Assembly: GCA_964636625.1 (NCBI GenBank)
Contig: CAZWUL010000003.1
Span: forward strand, 1-49,930
Source of the DNA: an uncultured Atribacterota bacterium
Lineage (GTDB): Bacteria; Atribacterota; Phoenicimicrobiia; Phoenicimicrobiales; Stramentimicrobiaceae
Direction of reading: 5' to 3'
DNA length: 49,930 nt
In this document: in pieces, positions 22,768 to 31,949 of the stretch
How the letters are laid out: each line of letters starts with the position of its first letter
How positions within the stretch are numbered: position 1 is the stretch's first letter
The notes under the pieces: model-generated
What the model saw: the letters and a program-made list of their open reading frames with translations, nothing else
What the model was told of the DNA's origin: nothing
Database searches by the model: none
Translations under genes and position numbers: made by a program

Positions 22768-23243
22768 AACAAATGTCTCGAGTTGTTAGAACAATTTCAA
22801 GTTTAACGTTTGGCTATATTGTTATATTTGGGTTTTATGTAATTATATACGGCCATGTTACCCCAGGAGGTGGATTCCAGGGAGGAGTTGTGGTAGCATC
22901 TGCTTTCGCTCTGTTATTGGTAGTTTACGGGCATAATAAAACCGAAGAATTCTTAAACACAAATTTACTATCTTTCGCTGAAAGCACAGGTTTAATATTA
23001 TTTATCGCATTAGCCTTTATGGGATTAGGGGTAAGCTTTTTTTACAATTTCCTTACTAATAGTGGTGGATTATTTGGCCATACTCCAGTATCTGGAGTTA
23101 ACCCGGGTGATGTTTATACTGGTGGTCTAATACCTTTAATGGAATTAGCAGTGGGATTAGAAGTACTGTCTGCAATGGGTGTTATTATTTTGGTAATATC
23201 AGGTGGGGCGGCTAGCATTAAAAAGAAAAAGGAGAAATCATAA
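22764..23243 (+). CDS. mbhF: Membrane-bound hydrogenase subunit F (MnhB-like)
   Basis: [18 protein letters not shown]. Confidence 0.87.
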   Translation: MKQMSRVVRTISSLTFGYIVIFGFYVIIYGHVTPGGGFQGGVVVASAFALLLVVYGHNKTEEFLNTNLLSFAESTGLILFIALAFMGLGVSFFYNFLTNSGGLFGHTPVSGVNPGDVYTGGLIPLMELAVGLEVLSAMGVIILVISGGAASIKKKKEKS

Positions 23244-23244
23244 G

Positions 23245-23598
23245 ATGGTAGTAGTAAATAATTTTCCTTTTATTACAGTTGTTATATTAATAAGTTTAGG
23301 TATATATACTTTGATATTTAAAAAAAATCTTTTAAAAATTGCTATAGGCATTATATTGATGGGAAATGGTGTAAACTTATTTTTAGTATCTCTGGGATAT
23401 AGACATGAGTCAATAGCTCCAATATATACTAATGCTCCTGAAGAAACAAGCATGGTTATGCCAACAGCTCAAGCTCTTACTCTGACAAACATTGTAATTG
23501 GACTTGCGACTACGGCATTAATATTATCATTAGCAGTTGCAATTTATAAGCACTATGGAACATTGGATACCGATAAGGCCAGGAGGTTGCGCGGATGA
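23245..23598 (+). CDS. mbhG: Membrane-bound hydrogenase subunit G (MnhC-like)
   Basis: KNLLK, QALTLTNIVIG, YGTLD; ATG 23245 follows AAGGAG. Confidence 0.87.
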   Translation: MVVVNNFPFITVVILISLGIYTLIFKKNLLKIAIGIILMGNGVNLFLVSLGYRHESIAPIYTNAPEETSMVMPTAQALTLTNIVIGLATTALILSLAVAIYKHYGTLDTDKARRLRG

Positions 23599-25160
23599 AT
23601 TTATTAACCCATATACCTGTTTTGGTAATAGTAATTCCATTATTAGCAGCTTTTGCTTCACCGATTATCGGAAAGTTAAATAAAAAAAATCTAGGATTAT
23701 TTGTTTCTGTTATATTAGGAATTACTTTAATATTAACTCTAATTTTGGCAACAAATGTTCTGACTAAAGGCCCGGCAATTTATGTATTTGGCGGAGAAGA
23801 TATTTCTCTTACTCACCCATCGGGATTATTTGCACCAATTAGAATTATATTCCAAATTGATGCAATGAGTATTTTTATGGGATTAATTGCTTCATTAGTA
23901 TTCTTCTTAGCATCTGTTTACTCTTTATCTTACATGAAAAGCCATGAAGGTTTGGAAAAATATTATACATTGCTCCTTTTATTAGCAACAGGAATGTCTG
24001 GCATGGTATATACAGGGGATACTTTTAACTTCTTTGTTTTCTTAGAAATTGCATCAATCGCGTCAGTTGCTTTAATTTCCTTTAAAGGTACTGATTGTGG
24101 TGAGCCAGCAGAAGCTGGCTTGAAATATATTGTAGTAAGTGCAATTGCTGGAAGTATGGTTTTATTTTCTGTTGCTATATTTTATGGCCAGTATAATGTT
24201 TTGAATATGGCCACAATAGCTGAGGTTATGCAATTTACCCAATTAGATAAAATAGCATTAATTTTACTGGTTACAGTTTTAGCTATGAAGGCCGGGTCAG
24301 TGCCAATGCATATGTGGACTCCGGATTCTTATTCAGAGGCTCCCGCGGCTATCACAATGGTATTGGTTGCAGTTAGCCAGGCAAGTCTTTATGCTCTATT
24401 TAGATTTACCTTTACTTTATATAATATTAAAATGAATACTGTTGCTGTAGGTTGGATTATTATAATACTGGGTGTTTTGTCAATGTTTATCGGGGTCACC
24501 ATGGCTATAATTCAAAAAGATATTAAAAGATTAATGGCATACCATGCTGTATCGCAAACGGGTTATATGTTATTAGGAGTTGGAGTCGGACTTGCCGTTT
24601 TAGCAAATCCAATAGCGCTGGAAACTTTTGGAATAAAAGCGATGGAAGGCGGTATTTTTCATATCATGAACCATGCAATGTATAAGGGGTTGCTTTTTTT
24701 AACCGCTGGTGCTTTATTTTTCAGAACAGGAACTAGAGATTTAAATAAAATGGGCGGTTTAGGGAATAATATGATTTATACTGCTGTATTTTTTATCATT
24801 GGCGCTGCTGCCATTGCTGGTATACCACCATTTAATGGTTTTGCCTCGAAATTAATAATTTATGAGTCAGTCTATCAGTTTAATCCATTATTGGCGATAA
24901 TTGCTATGCTGGTTAGTATTTTAACTCTAGCATCTTTTGTAAAAGTATTCCACAGCGCATTTCTGGGACCAAAAATGGAGCAATTCAAAGATGTTAAGGA
25001 AGTACCGAAAAGCATGCTTTTTGCGATGGCAACATTAGCTTTTATTATTATTATATTTGGATTATTCCCGGATTTAGTTGTTAAAAATATAGTACATCCC
25101 GCAGTGATGGCTTTGATTAACCAGTCAAGTTATACTGAAGTTATATTGGGAGGAATGTGA
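23595..25160 (+). CDS. mbhH: Membrane-bound hydrogenase subunit H (MnhD/NuoM-like antiporter subunit)
   Basis: GDTFNFFVFLEI, KAGSVPMHMWTPD, KRLMAY, NHAMYKGLLFL, GIPPFNGFASK. Confidence 0.9.
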   Translation: MNLLTHIPVLVIVIPLLAAFASPIIGKLNKKNLGLFVSVILGITLILTLILATNVLTKGPAIYVFGGEDISLTHPSGLFAPIRIIFQIDAMSIFMGLIASLVFFLASVYSLSYMKSHEGLEKYYTLLLLLATGMSGMVYTGDTFNFFVFLEIASIASVALISFKGTDCGEPAEAGLKYIVVSAIAGSMVLFSVAIFYGQYNVLNMATIAEVMQFTQLDKIALILLVTVLAMKAGSVPMHMWTPDSYSEAPAAITMVLVAVSQASLYALFRFTFTLYNIKMNTVAVGWIIIILGVLSMFIGVTMAIIQKDIKRLMAYHAVSQTGYMLLGVGVGLAVLANPIALETFGIKAMEGGIFHIMNHAMYKGLLFLTAGALFFRTGTRDLNKMGGLGNNMIYTAVFFIIGAAAIAGIPPFNGFASKLIIYESVYQFNPLLAIIAMLVSILTLASFVKVFHSAFLGPKMEQFKDVKEVPKSMLFAMATLAFIIIIFGLFPDLVVKNIVHPAVMALINQSSYTEVILGGM

Positions 25161-25161
25161 T

Positions 25162-25503
25162 ATGAATATTGGTTTATTAGAAACTGGAAGCGGTAGCTGG
25201 AACGCAATTATATGGATAGTAATGGTTGTTGTAATTGGAATAGTAGTTCTTTGGGTGAGAAGTCAGGGGGAAGAAAAATATAAAAAGGATACAAATCAGA
25301 CAAAACCCTTTCTTTCCGGGAATCCTGAAGTAAGCAAAGAAGATTCTCATGTCAGTGCCAGCCATATTTATTGGGGATTCACAGAAGCATTAAAAAAATA
25401 TTATAAACCATTGGTGACTTTACATACAGGTGATTTAAATGATTATAGCGGCTGGATTGTATTAGTCATGGCTATTATCTTAATTATAGTAGGAGTAAGT
25501 TAA
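25162..25503 (+). CDS. mbhI: Membrane-bound hydrogenase subunit I
   Basis: KPFLSGN, YWGFTEALKKYY, HTGDLNDY; position between mbhH and mbhJ. Confidence 0.8.
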   Translation: MNIGLLETGSGSWNAIIWIVMVVVIGIVVLWVRSQGEEKYKKDTNQTKPFLSGNPEVSKEDSHVSASHIYWGFTEALKKYYKPLVTLHTGDLNDYSGWIVLVMAIILIIVGVS

Positions 25504-25504
25504 C

Positions 25505-25957
25505 ATGAAATTTAATAAAAATTTTGATCGTTCTTTATGGGTTTTTCATTTAAATACAGGTTCATGTAATGGATGTGATATAGAAATAGTAGCCTTACTA
25601 ACCCCCAGGTATGATGTAGAAAGATTTGGTATTAAATTAGTTGGAAGCCCAAAACATGCCGATGTATTACTTGTTACAGGTCCTGTTAATAGAAAAATGT
25701 TACCAAGATTAAAATTAATATATGAACAAACACCTGACCCAAAGGCAGTTATTGTGGTTGGCACCTGTGGTACCAGCGGTGGTGTATTTTATGATTCTTA
25801 TAATATTGTAGGGCCAGTAGATAAGCATATTCCAGTTGATGTATATGTCCCGGGTTGTCCCATCAGACCAGAAGCTATTATAAATGGTGTTTTAAAAGCC
25901 TGGCTCAAATTAGAAAGAGTAAGAAGCCAATCTCTAGAAAAAACTCAAAAAAAATAG
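25505..25957 (+). CDS. mbhJ: [NiFe]-hydrogenase small subunit (NuoB-like)
   Basis: GSCNGCDIE, SPKHAD, GTC, VPGCP: four Cys for the proximal [4Fe-4S] cluster. Confidence 0.92.
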   Translation: MKFNKNFDRSLWVFHLNTGSCNGCDIEIVALLTPRYDVERFGIKLVGSPKHADVLLVTGPVNRKMLPRLKLIYEQTPDPKAVIVVGTCGTSGGVFYDSYNIVGPVDKHIPVDVYVPGCPIRPEAIINGVLKAWLKLERVRSQSLEKTQKK

Positions 25958-26080
25958 TACATAATAAAGAATAATAAATATTGTTAATACTCATTAATAT
26001 TTTACTAAATAAACTGAAAAATTAACTTATATTACAGTTTATATATAATTTATAACACAAAAGAAAAGGTTGGTGATGAT

Positions 26081-26596
26081 ATGGAATATATGAATCCAGA
26101 AGAATTGGTTTCTTTGTTAAAAAAGAATTTAAAAGAATCTATTATAGATAGCCGTATTGAAACCAATAAAGCAGGGATTAAGCAAGAAAAATATCACAAT
26201 GTTTGGGTGGAAGTGAAAAAGGAAAAATTTAAAGAAGCAATAGAAACTTTGGCCAGCATACATTACCCACATATTGCTATTATTGCTGGAAATGATACCG
26301 GCGAATCTATTGATTTGACTTATTTATTATCAATCTATTATGGGGAAAGATTCAAGGAAATATCAGTAAATATTAAGGTGAGTTTAGACAGAAAGAATCC
26401 CTCAATAAATAGTATTATTGATTTAATTCCAGGAGCTCAGACAACAGAAAGAGAAATAAAAGAAATGCTAGGAGTAGATTTTGTAGGGTTACCAGATATG
26501 CATAATATATTTTTACCATATGATTTTCCAAAGAATGTTTTTCCTTTTAGAAAAGATCAAAAAGACTTGGACAAGCTTGTTCAAAAGGAAAGTTGA
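26081..26596 (+). CDS. mbhK: Membrane-bound hydrogenase subunit K (NuoC-like)
   Basis: EREIKEMLGVDFVGLP, FLP, FPFRKD. Confidence 0.88.
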   Translation: MEYMNPEELVSLLKKNLKESIIDSRIETNKAGIKQEKYHNVWVEVKKEKFKEAIETLASIHYPHIAIIAGNDTGESIDLTYLLSIYYGERFKEISVNIKVSLDRKNPSINSIIDLIPGAQTTEREIKEMLGVDFVGLPDMHNIFLPYDFPKNVFPFRKDQKDLDKLVQKES

Positions 26597-26607
26597 GGTG
26601 GTCAAAG

Positions 26608-27831
26608 TTGAGTAAATCAAGCTATAAAGTTCCTATTGGTCCTATTCATCCTTCTTTAGAAGAACCGATGACTTTTAATTTTGAAATTTCAGGAGAAAAA
26701 ATAACATCGGTTGATTTAGCCCCAGGGGATAATCATCGGGGTATTGAATTTATGGGAAGGAATAGAAATATTGTTCAAATTATCTATCTTGCTGAAAGAA
26801 TATGTGGCATTTGTTCTGCCTCTCACCCATTTGCTTTTTGCCGGGCTGTAGAAAATGCGGCAGGTATTACTGTACCTCCAAGAGCTGAATATATAAGGGT
26901 AATTATTTCTGAATTGGAGCGTATCCATTCACATATTCTCTGGGCAGGTGTTGCAGCACATGAATTGGGTTTTGATTCAGTCTTATACCTTTCCTGGAAA
27001 GTGCGTGAAGAAGTAATGGATATACTTGAAATATTAACAGGTAATCGAGTTAATTATGGAATGTTTATGATTGGCGGAGTACGGAGAGATATTACTGAAG
27101 AACAAATTCCACGTATTAAAAAAACTATAGAATATTATAAGGAAGCTTATCAAAAAATAGAAGATGTTTTTCTTCAAGACCCCAGTATTGCTTTAAGAAC
27201 TAAAAATGTTGGTATATTAACTTATGAAGAGGCCTTAAACCTATCTGCTGTTGGACCTACAACCCGGGCATCAGGAGTAAAAAAAGATGTTCGGCAGGAT
27301 CAGCCATATTCTGCTTATGCTGATATGGATGTTAAGGCTATTACCCCTGATATGTTTAATGGTAGAACAAAGGGGGATGTTTATGATAGAATTGTGGTTC
27401 GGGTATTAGAAGTATTTCAATCTGTTCAGATTATTGAACATTGTGTTAATAATTTACCAGAAGGAGATATTCTGAGTGAGAAAAAAATTGCCAAATTGTT
27501 GGGCACTCTCAAAAAGGCAAAAGGAGAAGGGGTTGGAAGGCATGAAGCTCCTCGTGGAGAAGTTATTCATTATGTGAAATTAAATGAGGCAGAAAGTCCG
27601 GAAGTATGGAAAGCGAGAGCTCCAACGTACAATAACTTAATGCCATGGGTACCAATGCTAAGGGAACAGGAAGTAGCTGATATACCAATTGTTATCGCTT
27701 CCATTGATCCTTGTATTGGTTGTATGGACAGAGCTACGCTTGTTGATACAAAAACATACAAAAAGCAGGTATTAACAAGAGATGAACTGAGAAAATTAAG
27801 CATTGAAAAAACCAGGAGGTTGCTACAATGA
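26608..27831 (+). CDS. mbhL: [NiFe]-hydrogenase large subunit, group 4 (Mbh-type)
   Basis: GPIHP, L1 ERICGIC and L2 DPCIGCMDR (all four Ni-Fe Cys), C-terminal extension, EAPRGE; TTG 26608 follows GAGGTG. Confidence 0.93.
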   Translation: MSKSSYKVPIGPIHPSLEEPMTFNFEISGEKITSVDLAPGDNHRGIEFMGRNRNIVQIIYLAERICGICSASHPFAFCRAVENAAGITVPPRAEYIRVIISELERIHSHILWAGVAAHELGFDSVLYLSWKVREEVMDILEILTGNRVNYGMFMIGGVRRDITEEQIPRIKKTIEYYKEAYQKIEDVFLQDPSIALRTKNVGILTYEEALNLSAVGPTTRASGVKKDVRQDQPYSAYADMDVKAITPDMFNGRTKGDVYDRIVVRVLEVFQSVQIIEHCVNNLPEGDILSEKKIAKLLGTLKKAKGEGVGRHEAPRGEVIHYVKLNEAESPEVWKARAPTYNNLMPWVPMLREQEVADIPIVIASIDPCIGCMDRATLVDTKTYKKQVLTRDELRKLSIEKTRRLLQ

Positions 27832-28835
27832 TAGAAAGTGGTTTTGCAGGTTTTCTTTTACAAATTGTTGGAGCAATAATTATTGCTTTTTTTGGAGTAA
27901 CAGCAGGTCTTTTATATAAAGGCGTTGACAGAAAAATAGCAGCTAAAATGCAGTCAAGGATAGGGCCTCCTATTAGACAGCCATTTTATGATTTTTTTAA
28001 GTTGATGATGAAAGAAAATGTAGTTCCGGAAAATGCAGTTCCCTGGGTTTTTAATGGTGCTCCATTGTTAGCTTTAGTTTCTACTATTACAATTTTATTT
28101 TATATTCCCTTAGCATCAGTACCGGCTTTATTGGGAAATTCAGGTGATTTGATACTAATTGCCTATCTCTTGGCAGTTCCAGCAATAGCATTGGTTGTAG
28201 GAGGCTTTTCGTCAGGTTCTACTTATGCTAGTATTGGAGCACAAAGAGAAATGGTTATGATGATGAGTTATGAGCTACCCTTAGTAACGATAATTATTGC
28301 TCTTGGGTGGCGATTAAATCTTGTTGATCCTAGCTTAAATGTATTTTCTCTTAATGTTTTAAGTACTAATCCGATCTGGGGAATAGTAGGTCCATTAGGG
28401 TTTATTGGAGCGCTGTTTTTATTCTTTACCTTAGCAATAGTAACACCTGCAGAATTAGCTATTGTTCCTTTTGATATCCCTGAGGCTGAGACTGAGTTAG
28501 CCGGTGGAGTTTTAGTTGAATATTCTGGAAGAAATTTAGCTTTATTTGAATTAGCTAATGCTGTTAAAATGATTGTAATGGCAGCTTTAACGGTTGCATT
28601 GTTTTTTCCTTACAACATATCTCATTTGCTTTCCTTGAGTGGAATAATAGCATTTTTTGTAGACCTGCTATTCTTTTTACTAAAGTTGTTTATAGTAATC
28701 TTTTTTGAAGCAACTTATATACGTGTAGCCTTAGCTCGATTAAAGATAAATCAAGCATCAATTACTTATATAATTTATCTTTCTGTAATAGGGTTAATGG
28801 GATTATTGTTAATTGTAGTGGATTATTTAATATAA
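27828..28835 (+). CDS. mbhM: Membrane-bound hydrogenase subunit M (NuoH-like)
   Basis: DRKIAAKMQSRIGPP, QPFYDFFKL, PFDIPEAETE, VEYSG. Confidence 0.9.
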   Translation: MIESGFAGFLLQIVGAIIIAFFGVTAGLLYKGVDRKIAAKMQSRIGPPIRQPFYDFFKLMMKENVVPENAVPWVFNGAPLLALVSTITILFYIPLASVPALLGNSGDLILIAYLLAVPAIALVVGGFSSGSTYASIGAQREMVMMMSYELPLVTIIIALGWRLNLVDPSLNVFSLNVLSTNPIWGIVGPLGFIGALFLFFTLAIVTPAELAIVPFDIPEAETELAGGVLVEYSGRNLALFELANAVKMIVMAALTVALFFPYNISHLLSLSGIIAFFVDLLFFLLKLFIVIFFEATYIRVALARLKINQASITYIIYLSVIGLMGLLLIVVDYLI

Positions 28836-28848
28836 AGAGGTGAATATT

Positions 28849-29256
28849 ATGCCTACCCCAATGGTATTTGAATTAATTAAGCAATTATTTAGTAAATCTG
28901 CAACAAATTGTTTTCCTATTAAATATTATCCTGGAAATACTACTGTAACTGAATTGATCAACAAAGTGCAAAAAGGTGAAGCTAAGATAAATTCAACAGT
29001 AGAAATACCAGCTAAATTTAGGGGGAAAATTACCTATGAAAGAGAAAAATGCATTGGATGTCGTTTATGTGTAAGAGTTTGCCCGTCTAATGCAATTGAA
29101 TTTCTACCAGATGAGAAAAAAATAAAAATAAGATTAGATAGATGTATATTTTGTTCACAATGCAACGACGTTTGTCCGGTAAATTGTTTACATATGTCTG
29201 AAGATTTTCTATTAGCCAACGAAGATCGATTGAGCCCAGAGATGATTGTAAAATAA
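28849..29256 (+). CDS. mbhN: Membrane-bound hydrogenase subunit N (NuoI-like 2x[4Fe-4S])
   Basis: FRG, CIGCRLCVRVCP, CIFCSQCNDVCP; ATG 28849 follows GAGGTGA. Confidence 0.9.
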   Translation: MPTPMVFELIKQLFSKSATNCFPIKYYPGNTTVTELINKVQKGEAKINSTVEIPAKFRGKITYEREKCIGCRLCVRVCPSNAIEFLPDEKKIKIRLDRCIFCSQCNDVCPVNCLHMSEDFLLANEDRLSPEMIVK

Positions 29257-29293
29257 GTGATTGGTTTTGATACAATTTAATATATAAATAAAT

Positions 29294-29331
29294 AATAAAA
29301 TACCACCTCTATTAAGGAGTGGTATTTTATT
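29294..29331. terminator. Bidirectional terminator between convergent mbhN and hycI
   Basis: AATAAAATACCAC...GTGGTATTTTATT inverted repeat with A/T tails on both sides. Confidence 0.75.
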
Positions 29332-29782
29332 ATATTATAGGGATATCATTGATTTTATTTTCCTTAATTTTTTTAATAATCTTATGACAACCATCAAGTA
29401 CTGGTTTACTTAAGGGTTCTCCTAATTTGGCATTTATGGGCTGGATTCCAATTAACATTATTTTTTTACAATAAGGAGTTAAATATTTAATTAACAGAGG
29501 TAAAGGCATTGAATGAGTAGAAAGCTGAAAATGGGTAATTTTATTTAGGGGAATTAGACGAAATATCCCGCCAGGAAGACTCATGTTAGCAGAGTCAATC
29601 ATAATTAACAGGTTAGGTTTTAATTTTTTTATGACAGAGGTATAGTTCTCAGGAGCGGATTTACCATCAATGGTTATCCAATCTGGTTGAGAAAAGTTAC
29701 GGGCAATAAAAGAACCAGCTCCATCATCACCTCGAAGATTATTGCCAATCCCGAAAAGTACTTTATCTGATTTGATTCCCAT
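29330..29782 (-). CDS. hycI: Hydrogenase maturation endopeptidase (HycI-type)
   Basis: GIGNNLRGDDGAG, APEN, IDSA, STHSMPL, GIQP; ATG 29782 follows AAGGAG on the minus strand. Confidence 0.9.
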   Translation of the reverse strand: MGIKSDKVLFGIGNNLRGDDGAGSFIARNFSQPDWITIDGKSAPENYTSVIKKLKPNLLIMIDSANMSLPGGIFRLIPLNKITHFQLSTHSMPLPLLIKYLTPYCKKIMLIGIQPINAKLGEPLSKPVLDGCHKIIKKIKENKINDIPII

Positions 29783-29978
29783 AGAACAGTTCTCCTTGTA
29801 AGTTTCTTTAATATATAATAACATAAGAAAAATGTAAGCAAAAAATTGTTTTTTAAATAGTATAAAAATTTGCAGTAAGTTAGAAAGAATTGTAATATTA
29901 TATTAAAATTGGTTTATCGGGATGTATTGCTTTTAAAAAAATACTTTATTGAGATTTAGTTAAAGGGGGTATCTATTT

Positions 29979-30635
29979 TTGAGACGTTCAAGGCGGATTT
30001 ATAAGAAAAAGTCCAGAAGTAATCTGGAAACTTTAATTATTTTAATTGGTGCAATATTTATTTTATCCGTTGCTTTTTATATGGCAAGAGAAAAAAGTTT
30101 TTTACCTCCAGAAGAAATAGCCACCGAAAGGCAAGATGTAACAGAGGAGGTAATAACCCAAGAAGAGGCAGATAACCTGGAAATAGATGGATTATTAGCC
30201 CAAGGCACCCCTGGAGCAGAAGAGCCAAACCAGATAGGAGCAATGAGAGAACCTGATATTTACATAGCAGAAGAGGAAGGAAATCGTGAAGAAAGAAGAG
30301 AAACAACCCCCTCGACCGGGCAGGTATTAGAACCAGAACCAGAAACAATAGAAGAAAAAGTTATTCAGGATAGTCTGGTTGAAGAAGATGTCCATCAAGA
30401 AGAATCAAGCGTATCAGGTCCGGTATATACTGTCCAGGTAGGTTTCTTTTCGGTTGAGGATAATGCCCGAGGCTTAGCTAAAGAAATCGAAGCATATGGG
30501 TACCAAACTTTTGTTTTAGAGCAAAATGGTGCTTACAAGGTTCAGGTAGGGGCTTATTCTGTCCGGTCACAGGCAGAAAGGGCATCACAGGAGTTAAAAA
30601 ACCGTGGTTATGAAATTTGGGTTACTCAGAGGTAA
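29979..30635 (+). CDS. SPOR-domain peptidoglycan-binding membrane protein
   Basis: Basic N-terminus, one TM helix, acidic linker, C-terminal YTVQVGFFS...YKVQVGAY SPOR repeats. Confidence 0.85.
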   Translation: MRRSRRIYKKKSRSNLETLIILIGAIFILSVAFYMAREKSFLPPEEIATERQDVTEEVITQEEADNLEIDGLLAQGTPGAEEPNQIGAMREPDIYIAEEEGNREERRETTPSTGQVLEPEPETIEEKVIQDSLVEEDVHQEESSVSGPVYTVQVGFFSVEDNARGLAKEIEAYGYQTFVLEQNGAYKVQVGAYSVRSQAERASQELKNRGYEIWVTQR

Positions 30636-30708
30636 TTATACTATAATAATTATAAGGTAAAATAAATATATAATAGGACATTATAAATAAATCATTCTAA
30701 TATTTTAA

Positions 30709-31377
30709 ATGAAGTATTTAAGCAAAGCTAAAAATAACAAAAAAAATATCCCTAAAGCAACAATTCATCGGCTTTCTATTTGCCACAGATGCTTGGAAAT
30801 GTTTTTTATTACTAAATCTAAAGAAAAAAAGAAAATAATATCCTCAGCAGAAATATCTGAGATAACCGGAATTAGCGCAGATCAAATTCGAAAAGATTTA
30901 GCTTATTTTGGTGAATTTGGAAAAAGGGGAACTGGGTACCCGCTCCATGAATTAATTGTTGTATTAAAAAATATTTTAGGAGCAAGCAAGAAATGGGACA
31001 TTATAATTGCAGGAGCTGGAAATCTAGGTGAGGCATTAATCCGTTATAAGGGTTTTCAGAAGAGGGGTTTTATAATTAAAGGTATTTTTGATAACGACAA
31101 AACAAAAATAGACAATAAAATAAATGGAATAAAAATCTATGACATTAAACGATTGGAAGCTTTTGTAAAAGAAAAAAATATTAAAATAGGGATTATTGCT
31201 GTTCCTGCCGAGCCTGCCCAAGAAATAGCCGATAATATGATTGCTGGAGGCATTAAATCAATCTTAAATTTTGCCCCAACCACAATTAAATATCCAGACT
31301 ATGTGAAAGTAAATACCATAGATATTTCAATTGAATTAGAAAGACTGGTATATTTTTTAACATCAGAACCAAAATAA
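30709..31377 (+). CDS. rex: Redox-sensing transcriptional repressor Rex
   Basis: IPKATIHRL, QIRKDLAYFGEFGKRGTGY, GAGNLG, ILNFAP. Confidence 0.96.
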   Translation: MKYLSKAKNNKKNIPKATIHRLSICHRCLEMFFITKSKEKKKIISSAEISEITGISADQIRKDLAYFGEFGKRGTGYPLHELIVVLKNILGASKKWDIIIAGAGNLGEALIRYKGFQKRGFIIKGIFDNDKTKIDNKINGIKIYDIKRLEAFVKEKNIKIGIIAVPAEPAQEIADNMIAGGIKSILNFAPTTIKYPDYVKVNTIDISIELERLVYFLTSEPK

Positions 31378-31457
31378 TACCAAAATAGCATTTTAAAAAA
31401 TATAATGGATTCTTAATACTCAAAAATAGTATAAACTATTTGGTTGGCTTGATTGAG

Positions 31458-31487
31458 TTGACATAGGAAATAATTGTATGATAGAAT
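31458..31487 (+). promoter_or_regulatory. Sigma70 promoter of the DRTGG...fdh operon
   Basis: TTGACA (31458-63), 18-bp spacer, TGn-TAGAAT (31482-87). Confidence 0.7.
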
Positions 31488-31500
31488 TTCTTTTGGTTGC

Positions 31501-31518
31501 TTGTGACTTTTTTCACAA
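31501..31518. promoter_or_regulatory. Rex operator
   Basis: TTGTGACTTTTTTCACAA, one mismatch to TTGTGAAnnnnTTCACAA, just downstream of the promoter and adjacent to rex. Confidence 0.85.
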
Positions 31519-31601
31519 AATATATATTTTAACAGCTTGTAATTTGTAATAAACTTTATTTTTGTTTTATTTACCAGGGAAATAGGGGATTATAATACTA
31601 T

Positions 31602-31949
31602 ATGAAAATAAATGAAATTGTTGAAATTTTAGATGCCGAAGTGTTAACTGGTGAGCTCTTTCTGGAGCAGGAAATCGAAGAATTCGCTGTAAGTGATTTA
31701 TTAAGTGATGTCCTGGCATTGAGCAAAGATCAATTTTTATTATTGACTGGTTTAACAAGCCAACAGGTAGTAAGAACTACGGAGATTGCTGGCGGAATTG
31801 GAGTTGTTTTTGTTAGAGGAAAAACACCCGAACCGGGAGCTATTGGGATGGCTCGGTCACATCACATTCCTTTACTAATGACTTCAAAATCAGCCTTTGA
31901 ATCATGTCGGGCAATAGTTGAGGCTATTAATAAAAAAGAGAAAAAATGA
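31602..31949 (+). CDS. DRTGG-domain protein
   Basis: SDLLSDVL, LLLTGLT, QVVRT, VFVRGK. Confidence 0.85.
   Translation: MKINEIVEILDAEVLTGELFLEQEIEEFAVSDLLSDVLALSKDQFLLLTGLTSQQVVRTTEIAGGIGVVFVRGKTPEPGAIGMARSHHIPLLMTSKSAFESCRAIVEAINKKEKK

Noticed and set aside
26608-27831. Mbx/Mbs or complex I NuoD instead of a hydrogenase
   Set aside because: Both CxxC Ni-binding motifs are complete, and hycI and hyp genes are nearby.
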